Below, piece after piece: positions 37,979-47,485 of a stretch of 64,000 nucleotides of DNA. Within the stretch, counting starts at the first letter, position 1. The number at the start of each line of letters is the position of its first letter. Made by a program: the position numbers and the translations under genes. The stretch is from an uncultured virus (IMG/VR IMGVR_UViG_3300043418_000182) (lineage: Duplodnaviria > Heunggongvirae > Uroviricota > Caudoviricetes > Schitoviridae): IMG/VR virus record IMGVR_UViG_3300043418_000182; one strand, written 5' to 3'. The notes beneath the pieces were generated by a model. The model saw nothing but the letters and a program-made list of their open reading frames with translations. It ran no database searches and was not told the origin of the DNA.

Positions 37979-38892
37979 CTTTTGGCCTTCTAGCACTGAA
38001 TGACAACAACGAGGTTTTGATCTCGAGTGATACCCGCAATCTGCATTTGGTAGCCAAGTGTGGGCCACCGACGTTGACAAACAGCTCGTCTGCCTATGGC
38101 GGTTTCATTGAACTGACCTACACGGTAGAAAGTTTGGTGACTCCAGTACCGTTTTTTACCATGCCATCGCCGTCAAATTATCACGGCATTGCGGGTGTAA
38201 AAAACACTACTGGCAGCACATGGGAAATCCGTCTCATCAAATCTGGTGGAAACGATTCGTACCCAGAGGTGTATGTCTTTGCTGACCCTCGTGCCGTTAT
38301 TCCTGCAGCAGCGTTTGGTATGCAAGTGTTCCGCGACGATGGCACACCGTCGTTTGATAGTCGACTGAGTCCTTTGGCGGTGACAGGGGGTACAGCCGTA
38401 GTACACACCAGCAATCCACGAAGCTCAATTCCTGGCTTGTCTGCGCGCTACTGTGGCAGTGGCAATACCAACGGAGGCTTTACACCTGACAGTGAAAACG
38501 GCCCGTATTCGCTGGCTTCTATGCCTGCAAAACCAATGTTTCACTACTCTTCGTTAGCTCAGGCTGAACGTGAAGCGGCCTACTATGACAAAGACGAAAG
38601 CTGCACAGGCTTTGACTATGGTTTTTGTGTTGGCTATTCAACAACAGACGAATTTTGGTCCCATTACTGGGCGTTTTACCGAGGCGGTATTCGTCGCTCA
38701 GGAAACAGCTTTTATGCTGGGTGGATTGTTGTAAATGGAGGCTGCTGGTGGAGCACCTACAGTGATTCAGATTTCATTGGTATTGGTACGGGCAGTGACA
38801 GTGGTAATGGCGGTGATTCGCCATACTCAAACGAAACCATCAACTTGTCTTCTGCTGCTGTAATTGTTGGAGATGCTTCCCGTTATGACTGA
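37975..38892 (+). CDS. putative receptor-binding tail protein
   Basis: MTFGLLALND and internal FGMQVFRDDGTPSFDS repeat; aromatic/Cys-rich variable C-terminus. Confidence 0.6.
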   Translation: MTFGLLALNDNNEVLISSDTRNLHLVAKCGPPTLTNSSSAYGGFIELTYTVESLVTPVPFFTMPSPSNYHGIAGVKNTTGSTWEIRLIKSGGNDSYPEVYVFADPRAVIPAAAFGMQVFRDDGTPSFDSRLSPLAVTGGTAVVHTSNPRSSIPGLSARYCGSGNTNGGFTPDSENGPYSLASMPAKPMFHYSSLAQAEREAAYYDKDESCTGFDYGFCVGYSTTDEFWSHYWAFYRGGIRRSGNSFYAGWIVVNGGCWWSTYSDSDFIGIGTGSDSGNGGDSPYSNETINLSSAAVIVGDASRYD

Positions 38893-39094
38893 CATCATCA
38901 AACCATTCAAAATACTAAACACCAAAGAAGAACTTGGTGGGGCTATAGGCGTGTATTTTGAAGCTGAAAAAGTTGAAATACCTTCTCCTTTAAAGCGCCG
39001 TCGATTGGGCGTTCAGTCCTATATTTCAGTACCTGCTGGCCAAGACGTGGAACAGGCTGTGTTTGAGCATCTTCAAAATTCGGGGTGGTTATGA
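38885..39094 (+). CDS. hypothetical protein
   Basis: Coupled ORF, start MTDIIKP. Confidence 0.6.
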   Translation: MTDIIKPFKILNTKEELGGAIGVYFEAEKVEIPSPLKRRRLGVQSYISVPAGQDVEQAVFEHLQNSGWL

Positions 39095-39702
39095 GCGAAG
39101 TTTATTACTCAGGCGACATTGCCAGAACTGCCTATGCGCACGATGCCCAACCACCTGAGCTCTATGCCCAGTTGCAGGAAAAATTTCCTTGGGTCAAGCC
39201 AGAGCAGTGCTTTTCTATTTCGGAGCCATCAATGCACGAGGTTCTCAATGAGCCGGTTATTACCTGCAATTTGCCATACCCTACGTCTGCAATCTTGGGG
39301 GGGCCTGATGCAGCCATGGCGGCGCGCAAGTTTTGTATGGACAGTGGAACTTCGTTTCTTCGTCTTTACAAACTACCCACAGAACCAAATCCAAGTTGGA
39401 TGCCTTCTCAAGCTAACTTGATGTTGGTAGGAGAAAACTTTGAAGAGTTTGGTCGACCATTTAACCCACTGTGCAAGACTTTTAAAGATTATTACTTTGG
39501 TGGTAACCCTGAAGTGATTGAAGCACATTTCAATCTGATCAATCGACGCGGATCCTATGACACCTGGTACGGTGCCACGGTAGTAGATGGACAAGTGGTT
39601 CGAGTCAAGCAGTATTGCTATGAGGAACAAAGCGCATTTTCAGATTGGGAAGTGGCTTTCATTGGTCTGTGCAAGCGCCACAATCGTCTAGACCTTCTTT
39701 GA
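39091..39702 (+). CDS. hypothetical protein
   Basis: 203-aa coupled ORF (ATGA overlap); no recognised family. Confidence 0.65.
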   Translation: MSEVYYSGDIARTAYAHDAQPPELYAQLQEKFPWVKPEQCFSISEPSMHEVLNEPVITCNLPYPTSAILGGPDAAMAARKFCMDSGTSFLRLYKLPTEPNPSWMPSQANLMLVGENFEEFGRPFNPLCKTFKDYYFGGNPEVIEAHFNLINRRGSYDTWYGATVVDGQVVRVKQYCYEEQSAFSDWEVAFIGLCKRHNRLDLL

Positions 39703-39806
39703 ATGTGGTCTAATATCCATCAATCGAACGGATGACTGAATAGCAGGAACTTCCGACAATCAATTTAGTCCCAAACACTTGGTTTGGGTAGTCGGAGAAC
39801 CTGCGA

Positions 39807-40142
39807 ATGACTTCTAGAATCAAACTCGTCCGAGGTGATACCGGTCCTCAGATTCGCCTTGCTTTGACCGATACGATCACTGGCAATCCGACGGATCTGA
39901 CCGGTGCCACGGTGACCTTGCACTTTCGAGCAGCTGACTCGGATGTGGTGCTGTTCTCCCGCCCTGCCTTTATCAACCCCGATACTGACACCACGGGTGT
40001 TTGCTTTATCGAATGGGCTGAAGGCGACCTAGACCAAGAAGACGGCGATTACGACGGTGAAGTCGAAATTGTCAGTGCCACTGGTGTGCGTGAAACCATC
40101 TACGGTTTGTTGAAGTTTCGAATCCGCAAGGACTTCGCATGA
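39807..40142 (+). CDS. BppU-N-like structural protein
   Basis: IKLVRGDT.P...DLTGATV...W..GDL...G.Y.GEVEI pattern. Confidence 0.7.
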   Translation: MTSRIKLVRGDTGPQIRLALTDTITGNPTDLTGATVTLHFRAADSDVVLFSRPAFINPDTDTTGVCFIEWAEGDLDQEDGDYDGEVEIVSATGVRETIYGLLKFRIRKDFA

Positions 40143-41047
40143 ATTTAAACGCCATTCCCAAAGCCATCAGTATTGCAGCCACTCGGCTGGGTACTAGCTT
40201 GTCTGCGCGTGCAGCAAGCATGGGCTTGGAAGTGGTGGTGTCTCCTATTAAGTTGGCTTATGAGCTGGGCTTGTGGATCTTGCGCAAAAAGTTTGAAGAG
40301 AGCTTCAGCGTGGATGACGGTGTAGGTGTACTCAACGAGCTGTATTTGAGCTTTTTCAAAAGCTTGACTGACAACGCGGCGTTTGCTGATTCAGTGGCTT
40401 TGGATTTCACCAAAGCTTTGCATGATGAAGCTGGCTTGACTGACAAGCAAGTCATGGACTTCTTCAAGACCTTGGTTGACGAAGCACATGTGGCCGATAA
40501 ACAGTCCATGGCCTACAGCAAGCTGCTTCAAGACAACATCACCATCACAGATGACTTGGATGGTGTGGCTTCCATTGCAGATGAGCAAACCACGGCATTC
40601 ATCAAAGGCCGCACAGATACAGCTGGTGTGTCGGATGTCTTTTACCGCGTGGTGCAATACGTTCGCAAGCCAGAAGACCAAGCCGCTGTTTTAGAAGACC
40701 AGACCATGGCTTTCAACAAGTTCATGTCTGAGCTTGGTTTGGTTTCTGACAGCCAAACACATGCCATGGGTAAAGGCTTGAATGACTCAAGCCAGTTTAC
40801 TGATAAGGCCACCTTAGAATCAAACAAAGCACTCACTGATGTGAGTGGTGCCAGCGATTTTGCTGCGAAATTCTTAGGCCGTTCGTTGACTGATGCGGCC
40901 GGTATTTCTGACCAAATCTCAGTAGGATCCGGTCCAACCAAAAATGACTCGGCTTTGCTTACCGACACCGGGTCGCTACGAAGCCAGGGGTACTGCGAGT
41001 TCTCCTACTTTGAAGAAGACTACGTCGGGGCTTCACGCACTTTTTAA
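40139..41047 (+). CDS. repetitive virion structural protein
   Basis: ~19-aa K.L.D.A...D repeats; C-terminal YFEEDYVG. Confidence 0.65.
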   Translation: MNLNAIPKAISIAATRLGTSLSARAASMGLEVVVSPIKLAYELGLWILRKKFEESFSVDDGVGVLNELYLSFFKSLTDNAAFADSVALDFTKALHDEAGLTDKQVMDFFKTLVDEAHVADKQSMAYSKLLQDNITITDDLDGVASIADEQTTAFIKGRTDTAGVSDVFYRVVQYVRKPEDQAAVLEDQTMAFNKFMSELGLVSDSQTHAMGKGLNDSSQFTDKATLESNKALTDVSGASDFAAKFLGRSLTDAAGISDQISVGSGPTKNDSALLTDTGSLRSQGYCEFSYFEEDYVGASRTF

Positions 41048-41057
41048 AGGAAAAACT

Positions 41058-41516
41058 ATGTTTAACGAAAACCTCAAACTCAGCGGCGAGCTCAGCATCG
41101 TCCTCAAAGACAAAGACGGCAACATCAAAGATCAACGCGAGTTGAAAAACTTGGTGGTTGATTCTGGTTTGGCTTACATCATCAGCCGCATGGTGGGTAC
41201 CGCCAAGAACGTCATGAGCCACATGGCTTTGGGTTCTAGTACTACTGCTACTGCTTCTGGCCAAACAGACTTGGTGTCTATGCTCGGTGCTCGTGAACCC
41301 ATCGACAGCACAACCATTAACGGCTCAGTGAACCAGAAGGTCACTTACGTGTCCAACTTTGAAGCTGGCGATGCTACTGGTGCTGTGACCGAAGCCGGTG
41401 TGTTCAACGCATCTACTGGTGGCGACATGCTGTGCCGTACCGTGTTCCCAGTGGTCAACAAGCAAGCTGATGACACGATGGCCATCACTTGGACCATCAC
41501 CCTGGCTGCCGCTTAA
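41058..41516 (+). CDS. virion structural / tail protein
   Basis: NLVVDSG, MALGS, GAVTEAGVFNA...MLCRTVF.VVNK...ITWTIT (tail-collar / DUF3751-like pattern). Confidence 0.7.
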   Translation: MFNENLKLSGELSIVLKDKDGNIKDQRELKNLVVDSGLAYIISRMVGTAKNVMSHMALGSSTTATASGQTDLVSMLGAREPIDSTTINGSVNQKVTYVSNFEAGDATGAVTEAGVFNASTGGDMLCRTVFPVVNKQADDTMAITWTITLAAA

Positions 41517-41528
41517 TAGAGGCTGCAA

Positions 41529-41741
41529 ATGAGCACCATCACATCACGGGCAACGAAGGGAGCACCCCTCACCAACAATGAGGTGGATGCGAACTTTGCA
41601 AACCTTAACGCAGACAAGATGGCCAAGGCTTCAAACCTTGGTGATCTTGTCGATGCGCCGACTGCACGCACCAACCTGGGCGTGTACAGCGTGCAGCAAG
41701 CACAAGATTACGCAACCGCCATGGCGATTGCACTGGGGTAA
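41529..41741 (+). CDS. small tail-associated protein
   Basis: KGAPLTNNEVDANF, NLGDL...ARTNLG and AMAIALG motifs common in fiber adaptors. Confidence 0.65.
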   Translation: MSTITSRATKGAPLTNNEVDANFANLNADKMAKASNLGDLVDAPTARTNLGVYSVQQAQDYATAMAIALG

Positions 41742-41744
41742 CAC

Positions 41745-42071
41745 ATGGCATTCAAATCAAAAGCCACTGCAAGCATTGGTCTTGTCGGTAGTCCATCTAC
41801 CATCAGCGACACGGTTGCTTCGACTACTACGCATACAGTCGTTGGTTTGTCTTTGGCAAACATCGGCACGGCAATCGTCACAGCCAGTGCAAAGCTGAAC
41901 AAGTCAGGCGGCACTAGCGTGTTCCTGATCAAGGATGCCATCGTCCCACTGAGCGGTGCATTGATCATTGTGGGTGGTGATCAGAAGCTGGTTCTCGAAG
42001 CCGGTGATTCGATCACAACTTATTGCAGCGCTGCATCCTCGTTGGATGCGGCATTGAGCTACCTGGTGTAA
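41745..42071 (+). CDS. small structural protein
   Basis: GGDQKLVLEAGD motif that commonly follows AMAIALG genes. Confidence 0.65.
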   Translation: MAFKSKATASIGLVGSPSTISDTVASTTTHTVVGLSLANIGTAIVTASAKLNKSGGTSVFLIKDAIVPLSGALIIVGGDQKLVLEAGDSITTYCSAASSLDAALSYLV

Positions 42072-42074
42072 ACC

Positions 42075-43340
42075 ATGAGTTACCTAGGTTCCTCAGCTGC
42101 TCCGCTACCAGTAGCGTTCTCTGGCCCTCAATCTGAGGGCTTTGATGGTGGTACTGCCACCTTCACACTTTCACGTTCTGTGGCTAAGGTCACGGACATT
42201 GAAGTGGTGATCAACAACGTAGCGCAGTCTCCGTATGACGGCAGCTACAGCGTGTCTGACAAGACGTTGACGACTTCGGAAACGGTCAGTGCTGGTACCA
42301 AGAACGTCATTGTGAAATACCGAGACATTGCGCTTGGTTCATTAATTCCTGGTGCCGGCACCGTGGGTAAATCCCAGCACGATGTGGCGAACTTGGATGG
42401 CACCGGAGCAATGCTCATTCCTGTTGGAACAACAGCTCAAAGACCCAGTGTTCCTGTATTGGGGCACACGCGCTTCAACACAACACTTGGTTGTTTGGAA
42501 ATGTATGACGGGTCTCAATGGACAACCGTTAAGGCAGCATTAAATGCTTCTGGCGGGACCGTAACGGACGTTGCTGGATATAGATACCACACGTTTACTT
42601 CTTCAGGAAACTTGGTCATTGTCTCAGGTAACGCTATAGCACAAGCACTTGTGGTAGCCGGAGGCGGTGGAGGCGGTTCAGGTTGGTATGCGGGTGGAGG
42701 CGGCGCTGGTGGAATGGTTCAGGCGTCCGCTTTTACATTGAGCGTAGGAACCTACTCAGTTGTAATTGGTGCGGGCGGTTCAGCAAGCGTAAACGCAGCG
42801 TTAACGGCATCGAATGGCGGAAATTCTTCACTCACTGGGTTAACAAATGCAATCGGTGGCGGTGGTGGAGGTAGTAGGGCGCAACAATCTGGACAAACCG
42901 GTGCAAATGGTGGATCCGGTGGAGGCGCAGCTTGGCCTACTACATCAGGTGGCTCCGGTACTGGAGGGCAAGGTAATGCAGGGGGTTCCAACTCAACAGG
43001 TGGGTATGGGGCTTCTGGTGGTGGTGCCGGTGCTGCAGGTAATCCTGGGCCTTCTTCCCCATATGGTTCAAACGGTGGTGCAGGCTTGGCATGGGTTAAT
43101 GGTGCTTACTACGCTGGCGGTGGTGCTGGAGGCACAGATACTAGTACTGTACGCACCGGTGGTATTGGTGGTGGTGGTAATGCGTCAGCAGGTGCTTCTT
43201 TAAGTTGTGTCGATGGAACAGCAAACACAGGCGGTGGTGGCGGTGGCGGTAGTGGAACGGAGTCAGGCTCTGGACTTGTCAAGCCTTACGCTGGTGCTAA
43301 TGGTGGCTCCGGTATTGTGATTATTCGCTACCAAATCTAA
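42075..43340 (+). CDS. glycine-rich tail fiber protein
   Basis: MSYLG N-terminus, GTTAQRP...RFNTT, YRYHTFTSSG, long Gly-rich domain ending GGSGIVIIRY. Confidence 0.8.
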   Translation: MSYLGSSAAPLPVAFSGPQSEGFDGGTATFTLSRSVAKVTDIEVVINNVAQSPYDGSYSVSDKTLTTSETVSAGTKNVIVKYRDIALGSLIPGAGTVGKSQHDVANLDGTGAMLIPVGTTAQRPSVPVLGHTRFNTTLGCLEMYDGSQWTTVKAALNASGGTVTDVAGYRYHTFTSSGNLVIVSGNAIAQALVVAGGGGGGSGWYAGGGGAGGMVQASAFTLSVGTYSVVIGAGGSASVNAALTASNGGNSSLTGLTNAIGGGGGGSRAQQSGQTGANGGSGGGAAWPTTSGGSGTGGQGNAGGSNSTGGYGASGGGAGAAGNPGPSSPYGSNGGAGLAWVNGAYYAGGGAGGTDTSTVRTGGIGGGGNASAGASLSCVDGTANTGGGGGGGSGTESGSGLVKPYAGANGGSGIVIIRYQI

Positions 43341-43349
43341 GGAAAAAAC

Positions 43350-43712
43350 ATGTCTCATTTCGCAAAAGTCCAAAACGGTATCGTCACACAAGTCATCGTT
43401 GCAGAACCAGAGTTCTTCGAGACCTTTGTGGACACTTCACCCGGTGAATGGATTCAAACCAGCTACAACACCCAAGGTGGTGTGCACATCAATGGTGGTG
43501 AGCCATTGCGCAAGAATTACGCTGGCATCGGCTTTACCTACGACGCACAACGTGATGCGTTCATCCCACCCAAACCATTTGCTTCTTGGCTTCTGAATGA
43601 AGACAGCTGCTTGTGGAATGCTCCTGTGGCAATGCCTGAAGATGACAATCGCTACAGCTGGGATGAAGCCACAACCTCTTGGGTTGTGATTCCTGCAGAA
43701 GGCGGTGAGTAA
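43350..43712 (+). CDS. fiber-associated protein / chaperone
   Basis: MSHFAK...WIQTSYN...RKNYAGIG...DAFIPPKP family that typically follows Gly-rich fibers. Confidence 0.7.
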   Translation: MSHFAKVQNGIVTQVIVAEPEFFETFVDTSPGEWIQTSYNTQGGVHINGGEPLRKNYAGIGFTYDAQRDAFIPPKPFASWLLNEDSCLWNAPVAMPEDDNRYSWDEATTSWVVIPAEGGE

Positions 43713-44257
43713 TGGGCCTCAGCAGGATCATTCTTGATGCGTTGCAAGACCTTGCAGTGACAACTGCAAAGCTTGCCAATGGTGCGGTAACCCAAGCCAA
43801 GCTGGGTCCTAACGTGGCTGGTAATGGCCCTGCGTTCTCAGCGTATTTAAGCGGTTCAAACCAAACAGTTGGCTCAAGTACATACACAAAAGTTACTTTA
43901 AACTCAAAAGAATTTGACACAGCGAACTGCTTTGATAGCACAACAAACTACCGTTTTACGCCAAACGTAGCAGGCTATTACTTTATTTCGGCTGAAAGCT
44001 GGGTAAATTCGCCGGGCACAAACCCATCTTCAATTACGAACTGCCTTTATAAAAATGGTTCAGTTTATAAACAGGCAGATGAGTATGGAGCAGCCAACGT
44101 AAACGGTGGTGTAACAGTTTCATCGCTGGTTTACTTGAACGGCTCAACAGATTATGTTGAGTTTTACATCTATGCAACGGGGGGTTTAGCAAGCAACTAC
44201 ACGTTTGCTGGAGTTACCTACACTTACATGAGTGGATTTTTAGCGAGGGCAGCATAA
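43712..44257 (+). CDS. tail fiber with C1q-like head
   Basis: GPAFSAY...EFDT...FD...YRFTPNVAGYY...YLNGSTDYVE. Confidence 0.75.
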   Translation: MGLSRIILDALQDLAVTTAKLANGAVTQAKLGPNVAGNGPAFSAYLSGSNQTVGSSTYTKVTLNSKEFDTANCFDSTTNYRFTPNVAGYYFISAESWVNSPGTNPSSITNCLYKNGSVYKQADEYGAANVNGGVTVSSLVYLNGSTDYVEFYIYATGGLASNYTFAGVTYTYMSGFLARAA

Positions 44258-44427
44258 TGATACTCGTAGAAAAAATCAAAGCAATCTACCCTGAACTGCA
44301 AAACGCAGACTTTATGGACACCATCCGCTTGCAGAACGACAGCGATGGCAAAGGCGACTACATTGCTAAGTGGGAACACCCAACACTTGCTCGTCCCACT
44401 GACGAACAACTTGAAAGCACAATCTAA
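44257..44427 (+). CDS. XkdW-like fiber chaperone (56 aa)
   Basis: Read manually: MILVEKIKAIYPEL...LQNDSDGKGDYIAKWEHPTLARPTDEQL; TAATG overlaps on both sides. Confidence 0.75.
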   Translation: MILVEKIKAIYPELQNADFMDTIRLQNDSDGKGDYIAKWEHPTLARPTDEQLESTI

Positions 44428-45332
44428 TGTACTTAGGCGTCCCACCATTTGGACAAACAGTCCGCACAATCAGCGAGAAGATCGCCATTCAAGACCAGGT
44501 AGATTTCTATCCTGATGGTGGTTACTTGCCTGGCTACATTGACATTGAAATCAACGGTCAAGGTCTTTTGTCTACTGACGTGATTGCCATTGACGGTGTC
44601 AAGGTCACGTTGAAAGTCAAAGCCAACGCACTGGATGAATTCCGTTCAGTAGCTTACTGGCCAGTGAGTTTGGTTGACACATATCGCAAGAACGAATCTG
44701 ATGCTAGGTACTTGCCACTGACTGGCGGTCAAATCACTGGCGGAGTCGGTATTGGCGGCGCAGCTGAGGCAGGTTCCCAACTACGGACGTACAACGCATC
44801 GGGTCACGGCAAAATCACAATTGAAACGGCTGACGCCTATCAATCGTTCTTAAATTTTTCAGCTGCATCTAATGAAGTTTCTGTAGGTTTTGTAAAAGCA
44901 GATAACTCGTTTCGTATTTGCCAATATGGGGATTTGAGCGCCAATGAGTTAATGAGGGTTGATACGGCCGGTTTATTTAAAATGAACAGCGGCTACGGCT
45001 CAGTTGCTAGTGTTTACGGTTGCCGCGCTTGGGTAAACTTTAACGGCACTGGCACTGTGGCGATTCAAGCCAGCGGAAACGTATCAAGCATCACTGACCA
45101 AGGTGTTGGTCTTTATAAAGTCAACTTTTCAACAGCGATGCCTGATGTGAATTACGCAATGTCAGGTTCTATGGAAGCGCTTTCTGGAAATAACGTTGTT
45201 GCGCAATACACCGATGGCGGAAGCGGAACTGCGGCAACTTCTGGGAACAAAGGGACTACTGGATGTCAGATAATTACAAGCGGCGGCAGTCTGACGGATG
45301 CGGCCGAAATTAGCGCCATCTTTGTACGATAA
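44427..45332 (+). CDS. tail fiber protein
   Basis: MNSGYGSVASVYGCRAWVNFNGTGTVAI.ASGNVSSITD.G.G.Y.VNF.TAMPD.NY fiber head. Confidence 0.8.
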   Translation: MYLGVPPFGQTVRTISEKIAIQDQVDFYPDGGYLPGYIDIEINGQGLLSTDVIAIDGVKVTLKVKANALDEFRSVAYWPVSLVDTYRKNESDARYLPLTGGQITGGVGIGGAAEAGSQLRTYNASGHGKITIETADAYQSFLNFSAASNEVSVGFVKADNSFRICQYGDLSANELMRVDTAGLFKMNSGYGSVASVYGCRAWVNFNGTGTVAIQASGNVSSITDQGVGLYKVNFSTAMPDVNYAMSGSMEALSGNNVVAQYTDGGSGTAATSGNKGTTGCQIITSGGSLTDAAEISAIFVR

Positions 45333-45347
45333 ACATAGGCATTTAGC

Positions 45348-45764
45348 ATGACACAACGAATCATATATCCAACACAAGACGGCGGCGTTGCCATCTTAAT
45401 CCCAAGCGGTGAGCTGTCGATTGAAGAGGTCGCACGCAAAGACGTTCCTGTTGGTGTGCCGTTCAAAATCATCGACACCGTTGAAGTTCCTGATGACCGC
45501 ACATTCCGCAGTGCATGGGAAGCTGACATGACTTCACCGCATGGCATCGGCATCGGCCCACAGGCGTGGTTCATTGAGCAGTACGAAGCCGAGATCGCTG
45601 CAATCAATGCAGAGCAAATGCCATTGCGTTTGCCTGACGACCAACAAACAGTCGAAGAGTATGACGCTGAAGCTGCTGCTCAGTTTGAAGCCAACAAGGC
45701 CGCACGCATAGCGCAACTCAACGCACAGATTGCCGTCCAACGCGCAGAAATGGCAGCAGCATGA
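45348..45764 (+). CDS. fiber assembly chaperone
   Basis: RIIY...GGVA...KDVP.G...VP.DRTFR.AW family. Confidence 0.7.
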   Translation: MTQRIIYPTQDGGVAILIPSGELSIEEVARKDVPVGVPFKIIDTVEVPDDRTFRSAWEADMTSPHGIGIGPQAWFIEQYEAEIAAINAEQMPLRLPDDQQTVEEYDAEAAAQFEANKAARIAQLNAQIAVQRAEMAAA

Positions 45765-45991
45765 TCACGATCAACATTGACAAAGCCAAGGGCATTGCCC
45801 ACGACATCCGACGCGCAGCACGAGCTGAAGAGTTTAAGCCGCTAGACGAGGTGATCATGAAGCAGATTCCAGGGACTGACGTAGCAGCTGTAGAAGCTGA
45901 GCGTCAAAGCATTCGTGACAAGTACACGGCTATGCAAGTAGCAATTGATTCTGCAGTTGTTGTGGATGAAATTAAAGCTGCGTTGCCATAA
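45761..45991 (+). CDS. fiber assembly chaperone (second part)
   Basis: MITINIDKAK.IAH..RR.AR..EF.PLD family. Confidence 0.7.
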   Translation: MITINIDKAKGIAHDIRRAARAEEFKPLDEVIMKQIPGTDVAAVEAERQSIRDKYTAMQVAIDSAVVVDEIKAALP

Positions 45992-46000
45992 GGAACACAC

Positions 46001-46996
46001 ATGGGAAACGCAAGAAAATTTGCTGATGCCTCTGCTGCTTTCAACAGTGGCGGTCTTATCGGTATCCGTAACCGACTTATCAATGGCAATGCCATCATTG
46101 GTCAACGAGGCACCATTAACCTTACCAACACCACTCCAGCCTACGGTACCGATCGTATGTTGACCGGTGTGGTGTCAGGTACAGGCATCAACGTCAACCT
46201 CTTCAAATCAGCTTTTGGTGGATCTTCAAGTGGTTTGGCTCATTACATCTCTGGTTCAATGACAGGTGGTACACCGTATTGGTGTCAACGCATTGAAGCT
46301 ATGAATGTCTTTGACCTGAATGGCAAGAACATCATTGTCAGTGGTTTGATGTATCAGGACACTGGCAGCACTCAAAGTTTTGTTGCTCGTATTGCCAAAG
46401 CCAATGCAGTAGACAACTTTGCAGGGGGTGTTACTGCCTTGCAAACAGGTACAGCATTCTCTGTTCCTACCGGTGTGGTCACACCTTTCACAGCCATCTT
46501 TACCTTGGGTGCATCAGATGCTTCCAATGGCTTGATGCTTGAGGTGTATGCCGCTTCTCCAATTACCTGCACAAGCAAGAACATTTGCTTGACTGATTTG
46601 CAGTTGGAGAAGGGCGCTATTCAGACTGGATTTGATTTCAGACATGTTGGTACTGAGTTGACTTTGGCTCAGCGGTATTTTCAAAAGTACAACACCTCGT
46701 CTGGAGCCGAAGGTTGGCAAATAATGCTTAACTATACCGGAACAGATTGTTACGGCGCGTTTTTGTATCCAGTGACAATGCGCTCTACCCCCTCATTTTC
46801 GTATTCTGCAACCTCAGATTTTATTATGTTAGTTGCAGGAGGAACAAAAGTAATTTCTGCTATGAGTTGTAACCAATTAACTTCCCAAGCTGCTGGTTTG
46901 TACGCTTCTGTGACGGCTTCATTTACAGCAGGTCAAGCGTGTCAATTGCGCGGTGCAACATCGACAGGGTGGTTCTCTCTTAATTCGGAGTTGTAA
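46001..46996 (+). CDS. tail fiber / carbohydrate-binding receptor-binding protein
   Basis: RNRLINGN..I.QRG, QLEKG...T.F..R....EL.L.QRYF and ending L.SEL. Confidence 0.8.
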   Translation: MGNARKFADASAAFNSGGLIGIRNRLINGNAIIGQRGTINLTNTTPAYGTDRMLTGVVSGTGINVNLFKSAFGGSSSGLAHYISGSMTGGTPYWCQRIEAMNVFDLNGKNIIVSGLMYQDTGSTQSFVARIAKANAVDNFAGGVTALQTGTAFSVPTGVVTPFTAIFTLGASDASNGLMLEVYAASPITCTSKNICLTDLQLEKGAIQTGFDFRHVGTELTLAQRYFQKYNTSSGAEGWQIMLNYTGTDCYGAFLYPVTMRSTPSFSYSATSDFIMLVAGGTKVISAMSCNQLTSQAAGLYASVTASFTAGQACQLRGATSTGWFSLNSEL

Positions 46997-47173
46997 ATGT
47001 ACAAATTTATCTTTGATATTGCTCGTGGCACAAATGCTGATGTCGTGTTTAAAACAGATGCAAATATGACAATCCCATTCGACCCCTCCAACACAGACTA
47101 CCAAGCCTATTTGAAATGGCTTGACGAAGGCAACACGCCTGAGCCAGCTGACCCTGTACTTGAAAGCAATTAA
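46997..47173 (+). CDS. 58-aa fiber chaperone-like protein
   Basis: Read manually: IPFDPSNTDYQAYLKWLDEGNTPEPAD motif. Confidence 0.75.
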   Translation: MYKFIFDIARGTNADVVFKTDANMTIPFDPSNTDYQAYLKWLDEGNTPEPADPVLESN

Positions 47174-47484
47174 TGTTTACGGATGACCAAGGCACCAAGC
47201 GTGAAACACCTGACGAGATGAACATCGAGCACAAGCTTGATCTCATCCTTGAAGAAATCAAACACATGCGTGGAGCGTTCCCAAAGGACGAGGAAGGCAA
47301 TGTGGACTATGACGGTCACCGCAAGTACCACGAACATTTGATTCGAGCTGCAGAGGCTCAGGAAGCCTTCTGGAATGACCTCAAGAAAGAGATCATCAAG
47401 AAGGGCATCTTGGGTGCTGTGGTCATTGCCATTGGTTTGGTGTGGTTAGGTTTTCAAGCAAAGCTAGGTATCGGCCCGCATTGA
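47173..47484 (+). CDS. membrane protein (C-terminal TM), lysis region
   Basis: D.DGHRKYHE motif plus one TM helix. Confidence 0.7.
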   Translation: MFTDDQGTKRETPDEMNIEHKLDLILEEIKHMRGAFPKDEEGNVDYDGHRKYHEHLIRAAEAQEAFWNDLKKEIIKKGILGAVVIAIGLVWLGFQAKLGIGPH

Positions 47485-47485
47485 T

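Noticed and set aside
36603..47173. Diversity-generating retroelement or invertible tail-fiber switch
   Set aside because: No reverse transcriptase, invertase, TR/VR pair or inverted crossover repeats were seen.
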